Source: an uncultured Bacilli bacterium
GTDB lineage: Bacteria > Bacillota_I > Bacilli_A > RF39 > UBA660
Assembly: GCA_947630305.1 (NCBI GenBank)
Contig: CANRHC010000003.1
Span: 1-52,705, forward strand
Reading direction: 5' to 3'
Length of the DNA: 52,705 nt
The translations under genes were made by a program, and so were the position numbers. The notes below the pieces were generated by a model. The model did no database searches. It had not been told where the DNA came from and saw only the letters and a program-made list of their open reading frames with translations. Below are positions 1 through 8,980 of the stretch, in pieces (positions within the stretch are counted from its first letter, which is position 1; every line of letters begins with the position of its first letter).

Positions 1-191
1 AAATCTCCAATACTCTTATCTAAAGCTTGTGTAGCCTGTTGAAGATTTTTAGCCGCTTTTGGATCTAAACTTTTACTTAGTTCTAAACTATTTAAATTAG
101 CACTAAGTGTAGAGATAGCATTAGAAATATTTCTTAATTGAGGTGTAAAATTATCTGTTAACGAAATAGCAGTACTTAAATTATTAGCCAT
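1..191 (-). CDS. Tape measure protein, N-terminal fragment (runs off window start)
   Basis: ATG at 191 after RBS AGGTGG; open to base 1 (MANNLSTAISLTDNFTPQLRNI...); lies directly after the tail chaperone. Not in the ORF track. Confidence 0.8.
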   Translation of the reverse strand, partial: MANNLSTAISLTDNFTPQLRNISNAISTLSANLNSLELSKSLDPKAAKNLQQATQALDKSIGD

Positions 192-200
192 TTACCACCT

Positions 201-434
201 CTAGTTATTTTCTATCTTCTTATCTGCCTCTATCCTTTCTTCTTCTCTTTTATTAGCCCAATAGTTTAGATTAGCTATAAGATTACCTCTTGCTTCAGGA
301 GATAATTTATCCCAATCATCACTAGTCCAACCGAACCTATCACTCATTAATGATAGATAGAAAAACTCTTTATCAGCATATGAACAAGGTAACTTATTTG
401 TTACAGCATATTCATATGCTTTTATGCGTTTTTT
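201..434 (-). CDS. -1 frameshift extension of tail assembly chaperone (gpGT-like)
   Basis: Slippery heptamer A AAA AAC at 434-428 just before the stop; the -1 frame is open about 75 codons (KRIKAYEYAVTNKLPC...KIENN*) to TAG at 201-203. Confidence 0.75.
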   Translation of the reverse strand, partial: KKRIKAYEYAVTNKLPCSYADKEFFYLSLMSDRFGWTSDDWDKLSPEARGNLIANLNYWANKREEERIEADKKIENN

Positions 435-853
435 GTTTCAGTTTCTGATTCTTCAGATTTTTCTTCACTTGATTGAAACTCTTTATCAAAAGCTTTAATT
501 AAAGTAGCTTTTTCTTTCATGTTTAACATCTTATTTAAAAGATCAGTTGAGTTATGAGCCCCCCAAGAATCTTGAGTTTCTTTATCTTCTAAATCAGGTG
601 TTACAATTGATTTAGTTAATAATTCCATTTGAAGGCGTTTTTGGTTTACTTCACTACCAACTTTTCTTCTAGTTTGTGGATCAATAACAGGTTCAATACA
701 AGTATCACTAATTAAATCAGCTTCTTCAGAAGAAATAATTTTAAGAACAAAAGGTACTGGTTTACCTTTTTCATTTACAAAGTTATCAGAAACAAAAATT
801 TCAATTGGTTTTTCAGCTTTTTTATTTTGTTTTAGAAAAGGATTAGTTGACAT
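422..853 (-). CDS. Tail assembly chaperone, XkdN-like
   Basis: Between tube and tape measure; motifs VSDNF...PDLEDKETQDSWG; start moved to ATG 853 after RBS AAGGGGG. Confidence 0.8.
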   Translation of the reverse strand: MSTNPFLKQNKKAEKPIEIFVSDNFVNEKGKPVPFVLKIISSEEADLISDTCIEPVIDPQTRRKVGSEVNQKRLQMELLTKSIVTPDLEDKETQDSWGAHNSTDLLNKMLNMKEKATLIKAFDKEFQSSEEKSEESETETKNA

Positions 854-920
854 AATTTCCCCCTTATAAAAAATTAAGGGAGCTATAAGCTCCCTGTATT
901 TGAGAATAAAAAAAAGGCTG

Positions 921-1439
921 TTAAGCAGCACTAGCGGCCGCTTCAGCCATCATTAAACCGTCTATAACGTTATAAGAACTGATTACTTCAAATCCATCAT
1001 AAGTACCAGCGAAAGAAGTCTTTTTAATAGCGTCATCAACATCTTGACTAGATAAAGTAGCTTCATCAACGTTACAATCATAGTAATTAGTTATCTTCTT
1101 ACCTAATTCAGTAGTTGGATCCCATTCAATAACTGTTACATTGAAGTATTCATCTTTACCTTGACTTCTAAATTGTGCCTGAAGTTCAGTCCAAATATTA
1201 GTAATATCGTAACCTTCAATACTGAAAGTACCTTCAACACCAGTAGCTTTATGAAGTTTAGCCGCTGTTCCTAAAGCACCTACAGCTGTTTTATTCTTTT
1301 TATCTTTAAATTCTGATTTAGTAACATACATACCATTCTGTTTACTACCATCAGAAAAGTAGAAATAGATATAACCTAAAGCACCATTAGGTATATTTCT
1401 AGCGTCAATTAAAGGATCGCCTGTAATTGCAGTAGCCAT
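921..1439 (-). CDS. Tail tube protein, XkdM-like
   Basis: Follows sheath; motifs LGTAAKLHK-GVEGT, DPTTELG, DCNVD. Confidence 0.8.
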   Translation of the reverse strand: MATAITGDPLIDARNIPNGALGYIYFYFSDGSKQNGMYVTKSEFKDKKNKTAVGALGTAAKLHKATGVEGTFSIEGYDITNIWTELQAQFRSQGKDEYFNVTVIEWDPTTELGKKITNYYDCNVDEATLSSQDVDDAIKKTSFAGTYDGFEVISSYNVIDGLMMAEAAASAA

Positions 1440-1452
1440 ATTAATCTCCTTC

Positions 1453-3483
1453 TTACTGAATGAATATAGTCATATACATTTGTTCCATAGCGTTTACTGG
1501 TGTAATTAATACTTCAACTACAACAATACGCTTATCATATTGTTCAATAACAATACTTGCAGGATCAAAAGATTCAATAGCCCCTTTAGCTTCAAGTTCT
1601 TCCATATACATCTTAATATCGGTTCTTAAAGCCGCTCTACCAGCATCCGTATTTGGAATTCTTGAAGAATAATCATTATTAAACAGGGCCGCTATATCAT
1701 TACAACTTTGGTCCATAACTCTAACAGTTTGGTTTCTTGTCCAATCTTCACTCTGTCCTTCACCTAACTCTGTAAGAGTATTAATATCTAACCAAGTTTT
1801 AACGTGCTGTTTTCTATCTTTACCTCTAGCTAAATGAAAAGCGAAATAACCGTTATCTATCATGCTTTCTAAAGCTCTTTGAGTATAGTCAACATCAACA
1901 TCATAGTAACCAGTATATTCAACATTTCCACAACTATCCTGAACTTTACAACCAGCTTGAAGTCCAGCTACCCAATAGATAATACCGCCTTCTTGATTAG
2001 TATCATCTTTTAAAATATTAGGTACTTGAATAATACCGTGATAGTTAGCTGGTTCTTCAGTAGTAGGCATAACAGTAACAAATTTAATACCTAATGTATC
2101 TCTTAAGCGTTTAGTGTATTCAATAAACATCTGTTGTAGCGGTTCATTCTTTACAGGTAAAGCTAATACATGAAATACTTGAGGTTCTAATTTGTTTAAA
2201 GCTTCAGAATAATCAGCGTTAGTTACTTCACTATTTGTACCGCCAGTTAGAGGTAAACCAGCTGTTTCAGAAAGCTGTAAAGTTTTATCCCAAATAATAA
2301 AATCATTATCTTTGAGAAGTCCTATATTCTTTACTTTCTGTCTATCAACTTCAGCCCCATCTAAGAAGGTTTTAACAATATATAAAGCTGGTATTTCAGA
2401 ATCAAAAGTTTCAGCTTTAGCTGAAGAATATTTAGCTTTAGCTTGTGCTTCTTTATCTTCACCTTCAATAGCAACTGTATAAGTACAAGAATTAATTACC
2501 TGTACTTTATCTTTTGTTAAAACAGCTTCTACAGTCATTTCACCATTAGCTGGTGCGTCAGGGCTGTAAGTAATAACATGTTTATTTCCGTTATCAGATT
2601 CTTTATCTTCAAGTCTACCAGGTATAAATCCTAAAATTCCAACCTGTCCTTTTACTCTAACTGAAGGCTTATAACCTTCAGGAACGTTACTGAACTGAAC
2701 TGTAATAGTATTAGTACCAAATTCAAAAGTAGCTGAAGCTGTTTCTACAGCTGTTCCGCTTTTTTCAGTTCCTTTACTTAAAGCTACAGTTCTATGAGTT
2801 TCAGGATCTATTTCAACTGATATAGAACCAGTACTGATAAGAGAAGTTACTTGTCCTGTTTTAACACAAGCTTTAATTTCATAATCACCAGCTTCTACAT
2901 CACCTGGTATAGTGAAAGTAACTTTATTACCTTCTACAGTTTGTATAATAGATTTAACTTCAGCCCCATCTTTAACCATTGAAGCTACTAATTCATAATT
3001 ACTAGGAACATTACTGTAAGTAGCAGTAGCTGTATTTCCTGAAGCTGTAAATCTTACAGAAATTTTTGAAAGTTCATTTTCAACAATTCCTGAATCAGGA
3101 TCTGCTTCTATTGAAACTTCTAAATCATTACCACGAATACCAGGGTATTTTGCGGTACAAATACTATTAGTAGCTTTTTCACCTTTACCATTTAATCTAG
3201 CTACTACTAATTCATTAGCACCGCCTAAGAACATTTCTCTTATATTTCTAACTTCAGGATCACTGATGTTGTAACCGAAAGTGTATAAAGAGTTTTTAGT
3301 CCAATCCTCAGCTGAAAAAACTTTAACAGAATCATCAGCCCCCCAATTCATTTCTAAAGGAATAGCTAAAACGCCACGTTCAGAAATAGAAGCTACAGCT
3401 CTTTCTTTAGAAACAACATTAATCATTGAACCTAAACCTTTTCTTTCACCAACAGTAACCCATTTACCACCGATATAAGCCAT
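1453..3483 (-). CDS. Contractile tail sheath, XkdK-like, with a large internal insertion
   Basis: N-terminal GGKW, AKYPGIRGN, LTGGT, NQTVRVMD and C-terminal PVNAMEQMYMTI motifs. Confidence 0.9.
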   Translation of the reverse strand: MAYIGGKWVTVGERKGLGSMINVVSKERAVASISERGVLAIPLEMNWGADDSVKVFSAEDWTKNSLYTFGYNISDPEVRNIREMFLGGANELVVARLNGKGEKATNSICTAKYPGIRGNDLEVSIEADPDSGIVENELSKISVRFTASGNTATATYSNVPSNYELVASMVKDGAEVKSIIQTVEGNKVTFTIPGDVEAGDYEIKACVKTGQVTSLISTGSISVEIDPETHRTVALSKGTEKSGTAVETASATFEFGTNTITVQFSNVPEGYKPSVRVKGQVGILGFIPGRLEDKESDNGNKHVITYSPDAPANGEMTVEAVLTKDKVQVINSCTYTVAIEGEDKEAQAKAKYSSAKAETFDSEIPALYIVKTFLDGAEVDRQKVKNIGLLKDNDFIIWDKTLQLSETAGLPLTGGTNSEVTNADYSEALNKLEPQVFHVLALPVKNEPLQQMFIEYTKRLRDTLGIKFVTVMPTTEEPANYHGIIQVPNILKDDTNQEGGIIYWVAGLQAGCKVQDSCGNVEYTGYYDVDVDYTQRALESMIDNGYFAFHLARGKDRKQHVKTWLDINTLTELGEGQSEDWTRNQTVRVMDQSCNDIAALFNNDYSSRIPNTDAGRAALRTDIKMYMEELEAKGAIESFDPASIVIEQYDKRIVVVEVLITPVNAMEQMYMTIFIQ

Positions 3484-3684
3484 TTAAATCACCACCCTTT
3501 TTTTTAAATAATCGGATAAAGCTTTATCAGATTGATCTAAGGTATATCTTTGATCTTTCTTTAAAGCGGCTCTAATAGCCCAATTATGTTCTACATATCT
3601 TTTTGAATTAACTAAAGAATCATAAGAATAAGTAATTAAATCTTCAGTTATATTCTGTTTCTGTTGTTTAGTTTTCTTCTTCAT
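3484..3684 (-). CDS. Small tail-module protein
   Basis: Tightly packed ORF immediately before the sheath. Confidence 0.6.
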   Translation of the reverse strand: MKKKTKQQKQNITEDLITYSYDSLVNSKRYVEHNWAIRAALKKDQRYTLDQSDKALSDYLKKRVVI

Positions 3685-4117
3685 TCTTAAGTCCTACATT
3701 TTCATTCACTTCTTCCATTAAAGGCGGTTCTTCACCTTGTTGAATGATTTCTCTTTGAATGTTGAAAGTGAAAGAATAGCTTGAATCGTCAATAGGATGC
3801 GCTTGTCTATTTAGTGTTAGAACTGGTTTACCGTTTTCCAAATAGAGCCATTTTAGGCATAATAAAACCCTAGAAACAACTTCTTGTAACAGTTTGTTAT
3901 TCCTAGGGAGTAATAGTGTTATCGAAAACAAATAGTTTACTTCAACAATTTCTTTTTCAAATTCAATATACATCAAGTCCTTATTATCAACATTTACACA
4001 TTCAATAATAAAGCATGGTTCTTGAATATTTTGAGCAGGATTAGCTCTATAAACAGTAAAATCAGGAAAAGCTTCTTTCAACTTTCTTGATATAGCTTTT
4101 TTTAATCTATCAATCAT
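3668..4117 (-). CDS. Tail terminator/completion protein
   Basis: Position; motif AISRKLKEAFP...QNIQEPCFII; ATG 4117 overlaps the upstream gene end. Confidence 0.7.
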   Translation of the reverse strand: MIDRLKKAISRKLKEAFPDFTVYRANPAQNIQEPCFIIECVNVDNKDLMYIEFEKEIVEVNYLFSITLLLPRNNKLLQEVVSRVLLCLKWLYLENGKPVLTLNRQAHPIDDSSYSFTFNIQREIIQQGEEPPLMEEVNENVGLKNEEEN

Positions 4118-4514
4118 TGAATAAGTCCCCAAAATACTTTATTACAATTTCTGAAACTATTTGATCTTTTGTTTTATCTACATCTTCAATAGCTCTAGTT
4201 AACATAAATTTACCAGGAACCCATCCCCTATGATTTCTAGTTCTATGCCCATATTCAACATAAACTCCATAATCAGCGGAGTTATATACATTTCTCTTAT
4301 ACGTATTACCTCTTTTTGCAGTTACTGGTGAAGCTTTCCAACTTCTAGCTAAGTTTGAAGTATCTCTAGGTGTCTGTTTAACCGCTCTACTTAAAACATC
4401 AGCTGAAAGCTTATCTAAAGCTTTAAATACTACTTCTTGTTGAGTTTGTGAAGAAGCTTTCTTTAGTTTATTAGCGAATTCATCTAAACCTTTTGTGTCT
4501 ATTTTTATACTCAT
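4110..4514 (-). CDS. HK97 gp10-family neck protein
   Basis: TPRDTSNLARSW, YGVYVEYGHRT and WVPGKFML motifs. Confidence 0.85.
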   Translation of the reverse strand: MSIKIDTKGLDEFANKLKKASSQTQQEVVFKALDKLSADVLSRAVKQTPRDTSNLARSWKASPVTAKRGNTYKRNVYNSADYGVYVEYGHRTRNHRGWVPGKFMLTRAIEDVDKTKDQIVSEIVIKYFGDLFND

Positions 4515-4927
4515 TTTGAAATACCTTCATATATTTCATTTACAGCGTGTTCTTCATAAACTTCAAGCGGTATTGATTTTCTAAAATCGTTAATATGAGT
4601 TTTACCAGCCTGTTTATATTTATGAGTTTCACCGTTATAAGTAATTTCAAGAATAGCTCCTTCTTTAACATCAACATCTAAAGAAGTAATAACTCTAACA
4701 TTTTTTAAGGCTTGAGCTGGTTCATTTTTTGTAGCTGATTCTTTATCCTGATAAGAAAGTCTACAAGGAACATCAGTTTCAATAGGTATTAAATTAAAAT
4801 CGGTAATACCTGAATCTTCTTCAACTGGTTCATAACTGTAAATAGTCATTGAACCAGTATTTAATTTGTCAATCCATTTTCTACCAGCTCTAATATATTT
4901 ATCAGGAATAGGAACGCTTTTAATCAT
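4511..4927 (-). CDS. Head closure/head-tail adaptor
   Basis: Synteny; DVPCRLS motif. Confidence 0.65.
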   Translation of the reverse strand: MIKSVPIPDKYIRAGRKWIDKLNTGSMTIYSYEPVEEDSGITDFNLIPIETDVPCRLSYQDKESATKNEPAQALKNVRVITSLDVDVKEGAILEITYNGETHKYKQAGKTHINDFRKSIPLEVYEEHAVNEIYEGISK

Positions 4928-4935
4928 GTTAATCT

Positions 4936-5340
4936 CTATTTTGGTGTTACAGTTCTATATCTAATCAGAAATACCCTACTACCGTTTCTAAGATTGTTTA
5001 AGTTTTCTAGAATTAAGGCATCCCCTGATTTTTCATTAGTATTATCAAATTCAAAAGAAGTATCATCTTCAGTAATACCTGATATTAACGCTAGTGTTTC
5101 TATCCCTAAAGCTTCAGCCCCACCTAAAGTATATTTCTGATATAAGAACTCACCTACAATCATTCTGATTATTTGACTGTTCAACTGTTCAGGAATTTTA
5201 CTAATATTACAATAGGCTTTTACATAATCTATTCTTTCTTGAATAGCATATTCTATTAGGACTTCATCTTCATAATCATCAGCTTCATATTTATATAAAG
5301 CTTTTAATAATTTTTTTACTGAAGAAATATCTAACTTCAT
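4936..5340 (-). CDS. Head-tail connector (gp6/gp15-like)
   Basis: Follows capsid; VKAYCNISKIPEQL motif. Confidence 0.75.
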   Translation of the reverse strand: MKLDISSVKKLLKALYKYEADDYEDEVLIEYAIQERIDYVKAYCNISKIPEQLNSQIIRMIVGEFLYQKYTLGGAEALGIETLALISGITEDDTSFEFDNTNEKSGDALILENLNNLRNGSRVFLIRYRTVTPK

Positions 5341-5345
5341 TTTAC

Positions 5346-6413
5346 TTATCCTTTAGCGGCCTTATATAAATCTTCTATTGATTGAGAAGTATCAGTAAGA
5401 ACAATACTACAAGGAGCTTTAGGATAAACAACAGCAAAACGAGATATAGCTGTAAGAACAAATCTTACAGGTCTTGGTTCATAATTAGCTATAACAGCAA
5501 TACCGCCTTCATTCTGAAGAACAATACCGTCCTGTTGTGCTAAAGTTAATTCTTCAGCTGTATAACCAACTGGTGTAGCCCCTAACTTAATATTAGGTAT
5601 AACTATAATCTTGTCAGTTGGTAAGAATGGATGCTGAACCTTATTAATATCAGTCCAAAAATAATCATTACCCTGATTATCCTGAACCTTAATAACTTCC
5701 CATTTAAGGTATTTAGCAAAACCTGAAATAACTTCTTCTTCAGTTAATTCACTTCTAGCTTTAGCTTGTTCTACACCTAATACTGTAGCTCTAAACTTTT
5801 CATTCAAGCTAATTTTAGCTATCTGTTCATCAGTAAGTAGAATTCTAGCTAAACGCTTACCATATGTTTTACTAATTAATCTGTTGTAGTATCTGCCTTT
5901 TAGAATCAGATCATCTTTAGTAAGATCAATATCTTCACACTGTTCTTCAGGAATTTTATAATCCCACGGTGTAGGATGAAAGTTATTTTCATTAATATCT
6001 ACTTTACCAGTGAAAGCCATAGCTCTAACTCTTTCACGTGCGATATAGTGAGAATTAATAAGTCTTTCTTCCATCTTAAAGATTTCTTTAATTCCTTCTT
6101 GAATTTCAGCGTCAGTTGAAGCGGTTAATAGCTTTCTAATTTGTCCATCAGTTAACTGATATTCTAATTTGAATTCAACCATATCCATAATGGAGTGATC
6201 TACATCAGGAAATTCAGCAAGCGGTGAAATTGTATTATCAGGAACCGCTAAAGCTGTAGGATTATAATCAACATCATAATCAGTTACTTTAATGAATTCA
6301 GCTGAAGTTCTTTGTTCAGGAAAAAACTTTTCAAAAAAATTAAATTGAGTTTCATAATTATCTGAAAAGTCCATTGTTTGAGTTGAAGCGATCTTTTCAA
6401 AAATATTACTCAT
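5346..6413 (-). CDS. Major capsid protein (lambda gpE-like family)
   Basis: 355 aa after scaffold and decoration genes; RE..RAMAFTGKVDINEN, LGATPVGYTAEE. Confidence 0.8.
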   Translation of the reverse strand: MSNIFEKIASTQTMDFSDNYETQFNFFEKFFPEQRTSAEFIKVTDYDVDYNPTALAVPDNTISPLAEFPDVDHSIMDMVEFKLEYQLTDGQIRKLLTASTDAEIQEGIKEIFKMEERLINSHYIARERVRAMAFTGKVDINENNFHPTPWDYKIPEEQCEDIDLTKDDLILKGRYYNRLISKTYGKRLARILLTDEQIAKISLNEKFRATVLGVEQAKARSELTEEEVISGFAKYLKWEVIKVQDNQGNDYFWTDINKVQHPFLPTDKIIVIPNIKLGATPVGYTAEELTLAQQDGIVLQNEGGIAVIANYEPRPVRFVLTAISRFAVVYPKAPCSIVLTDTSQSIEDLYKAAKG

Positions 6414-6427
6414 AATTATCCTCCATC

Positions 6428-7042
6428 TTATTCAGCTTTTTGTGCGCCTAAATTTGAAACAGCAGTATCTTTATCTGAAGCACCTGTACCACCCTTAGTA
6501 ATTGGTAAAGGTTGTGATTCAAGTAGTGCGTCTAAAGCTTCACTAGCTGAAGTAGCACCAGTACCACCTTTAGATATATCTAGTTTTCCAGTAGCTTTAC
6601 TTAAATCGAAATTAACCGAACTAGAAGAACTAGAACTTGCTGAAGTAGCTGGTGTTCTAGAACCAACACATAAAATATGAGGTAATTTAGCTTCAATAGC
6701 TGATTTAAAAGAATCATCATATTCAACTCCTTCAGGATAAGGTAATTTATCAGCATAAATAACGCCTCTTCTCATTAAAGAACCGCCCTGAACACCATCA
6801 GTAACATTAACAGCTTCAGTTAAAATACCAACAGGATCAGCTGAAAACTCTAAACTTTCACCTTTAGTAAGAGTAATAGCTTTACCGTCTTTATCAAGAA
6901 AAGTACCTTCATGAACCCATTTTTCATTATCGCTATCAGGCTGAATACCTTCATCAGAAACAGTAATAGGTTCAGGAGAATCACAGCGTGAAATAAATAA
7001 TTTAGGGCCTTGTAAATAACCCTGGTGCTGTCTTAATCTCAT
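6428..7042 (-). CDS. Putative capsid decoration protein with C-terminal GGTGA-repeat extension
   Basis: Position between scaffold and capsid; GILTEAVNVTDG...GVIYADKLP; Ser linker then two KGGTGA motifs. Confidence 0.6.
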   Translation of the reverse strand: MRLRQHQGYLQGPKLFISRCDSPEPITVSDEGIQPDSDNEKWVHEGTFLDKDGKAITLTKGESLEFSADPVGILTEAVNVTDGVQGGSLMRRGVIYADKLPYPEGVEYDDSFKSAIEAKLPHILCVGSRTPATSASSSSSSSVNFDLSKATGKLDISKGGTGATSASEALDALLESQPLPITKGGTGASDKDTAVSNLGAQKAE

Positions 7043-7704
7043 TGGTTTACTCCTTTAATAGAAAAACTTTGATTTTCTTTTGATAGCATTTTGGCAAAAT
7101 CTGCGCCAGTACTATCCTTAACTTCAAAACGACTATTACCAACTCTAGGATTATATTTAGCTTGTTTATCTGAAGTAACTTCTTCTTTAGCTGAACTATC
7201 TTTAAATAGAAAAGCTTTATTCTTTTTCTGATTTTCAATAGCTTCATCAATTAATTTATAATCATCTTTAGATTTAATTTTTGTTTTGTCATAATCTAAA
7301 GCTAATTGACAAATATTAATATCTTGAGCCCCAGCTAAAGTAAGTTGTGTTTGTTCATATGCGCTAATTTCTTGATTGTGTAATTCTTCTCTTAAACCTG
7401 AAATAGTGCTTTCATATTCTTCTATCTGTTTAGCTACTTCTTCAGGATCTTTCATGTTTTTATTAAGGTTCTTGATTACTTTATTAGCTTCATCAAGTTC
7501 TTTTTCTTTAGCTTCAAGTTTTTTAGTTTCAGCTTCAGTTAACGCTTTTACACTACTAAGTTCTTCATGAAAAGAATCAAGAAGCTCCCCAGTTAATTCA
7601 TTTAATTGTTCTTTTTCAAGTTCTACATATTGTCCTAAAGTCTTTTTAATAGTTTCTCTGTTTAATGACAACCGAATACCTCCTTTAATACATTTTTTTG
7701 ACAT
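7039..7704 (-). CDS. Capsid scaffolding protein (likely TTG start at 7671)
   Basis: Charged coiled coil ending in AFLF...YNP; AAGGAGG precedes TTG at 7671. Confidence 0.75.
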   Translation of the reverse strand: MSKKCIKGGIRLSLNRETIKKTLGQYVELEKEQLNELTGELLDSFHEELSSVKALTEAETKKLEAKEKELDEANKVIKNLNKNMKDPEEVAKQIEEYESTISGLREELHNQEISAYEQTQLTLAGAQDINICQLALDYDKTKIKSKDDYKLIDEAIENQKKNKAFLFKDSSAKEEVTSDKQAKYNPRVGNSRFEVKDSTGADFAKMLSKENQSFSIKGVNQ

Positions 7705-7756
7705 GGTTTAATTCCACTTTTAAAGTTACCAGTTTAACGACTTAGCACGGTCAATT

Positions 7757-7803
7757 AAAAAAGCTGAAGAAACAGGAATAGAACCTGTTAAATTCTTCAG
7801 CTT
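7757..7803 (-). terminator. Intrinsic terminator
   Basis: AAGCTGAAGA...TCTTCAGCTT stem with inner AACAGG/CCTGTT, followed by a T tract on the minus strand. Confidence 0.65.
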
Positions 7804-8137
7804 ATTTATCGTATAAATTCTTTAGAATCCAAATAACTTGTCCCTCATTACAATCTTCTTCAATTACTTCTTTAGTTTTAAGCGATAAGAAGTTATAATC
7901 ACGAACAATTAATTCAGAAACAGTTATAGAATCTTTACCTTTATATTGAACAAAAGCGGCTTCATTATTTTTTGACTTAAACACCAGGTAAAACTTTTCA
8001 TCATTAACAGGTAAGACATAACCTAATTCCTGAACTCTATCTAAAAACTTATCACTGAAAGTATTCTTCAAGTTTTCCATAGGTTCTAAAACTGATTGTT
8101 GGTTTACCTTTATAGTCATAAGCCTTTTTAATTTCAA
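7802..8137 (-). CDS. Hypothetical protein (likely start 8080)
   Basis: ORF in the AT-rich insert of the head module. Confidence 0.5.
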   Translation of the reverse strand: MKLKRLMTIKVNQQSVLEPMENLKNTFSDKFLDRVQELGYVLPVNDEKFYLVFKSKNNEAAFVQYKGKDSITVSELIVRDYNFLSLKTKEVIEEDCNEGQVIWILKNLYDK

Positions 8138-8270
8138 TTACATTAGATATATCAGAAAGTTTTTCTTCAACCCAAATAAAACCTGATGAAGTTTCTTTTT
8201 TATATCTAATTGAAATATCTTTTAATTCATTATCTTTATAAACCGCTTTAAAATTTGTATCTTTATCCAT
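8052..8270 (-). CDS. Hypothetical protein
   Basis: ORF with RBS-like AAGGGG upstream. Confidence 0.5.
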   Translation of the reverse strand: MDKDTNFKAVYKDNELKDISIRYKKETSSGFIWVEEKLSDISNVIEIKKAYDYKGKPTISFRTYGKLEEYFQ

Positions 8271-8297
8271 AACTTAATTAACCCCTTGAGAAATAAT

Positions 8298-8326
8298 AAA
8301 AGCCTTTTATCATTTAAATAAAAGGC
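8298..8326 (-). terminator. Intrinsic terminator candidate
   Basis: GCCTTTTAT/ATAAAAGGC stem, then TTTT on the minus strand. Confidence 0.45.
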
Positions 8327-8465
8327 CTGATTAATTTATATGTAGTTTATTTGGTTCACGGATATTTAGATTTTCTAGCTAAATAACTTAAAATTATCTT
8401 TTCAAGTATTAATAAGAATTGAACAGAATGATTTTTATAATTGTGAATTCTTTTTATTTTCTTTT

Positions 8466-8672
8466 TCATCTTAGTTCAACCGAATCTACAGCTATTTCAA
8501 TATTTAATTTATAACCACTTCTAAAAGGATTATCGTTAGGTTGAGCTGAAAAATTCTGAATACAACCTTTTAAGTTACCTACAGTTTTTTCTGTTTTAAG
8601 ATCAAACAATTCAATATCAGCTATAGTATCATCATCAACAGCACTTAAATTATGAATTATTGCTTTAATCAT
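8466..8672 (-). CDS. Hypothetical protein
   Basis: ORF with AAGGTG RBS. Confidence 0.55.
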   Translation of the reverse strand: MIKAIIHNLSAVDDDTIADIELFDLKTEKTVGNLKGCIQNFSAQPNDNPFRSGYKLNIEIAVDSVELR

Positions 8673-8681
8673 TATTTCACC

Positions 8682-8945
8682 TTAATCTTTTAATTCTTTA
8701 TCAAATCCAAAAATTCTAAGAAAGTCATTATTTTTAATAAGCTTATCTATTTCTTCTTGTGTAAATAAACTTTTAATTAAATTAATTAATGTTTGAATTT
8801 GATCTTTTGTTAAAAAATTACTATTATCTGTTAAAAATGTAGTAGTATCTAAATTAAGATTAGTAGTAGAAACAATAGATTTTAATAATCTATCAATTAT
8901 AATTTTTAAGTTTTTAACATCTTTATCAGTTAAATTTAAATCCAT
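8682..8945 (-). CDS. Hypothetical protein
   Basis: Very AT-rich ORF with a G-run RBS. Confidence 0.55.
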   Translation of the reverse strand: MDLNLTDKDVKNLKIIIDRLLKSIVSTTNLNLDTTTFLTDNSNFLTKDQIQTLINLIKSLFTQEEIDKLIKNNDFLRIFGFDKELKD

Positions 8946-8980
8946 TAATTCCCCCCTTTTTATTTATTGAAAGTTAATTT

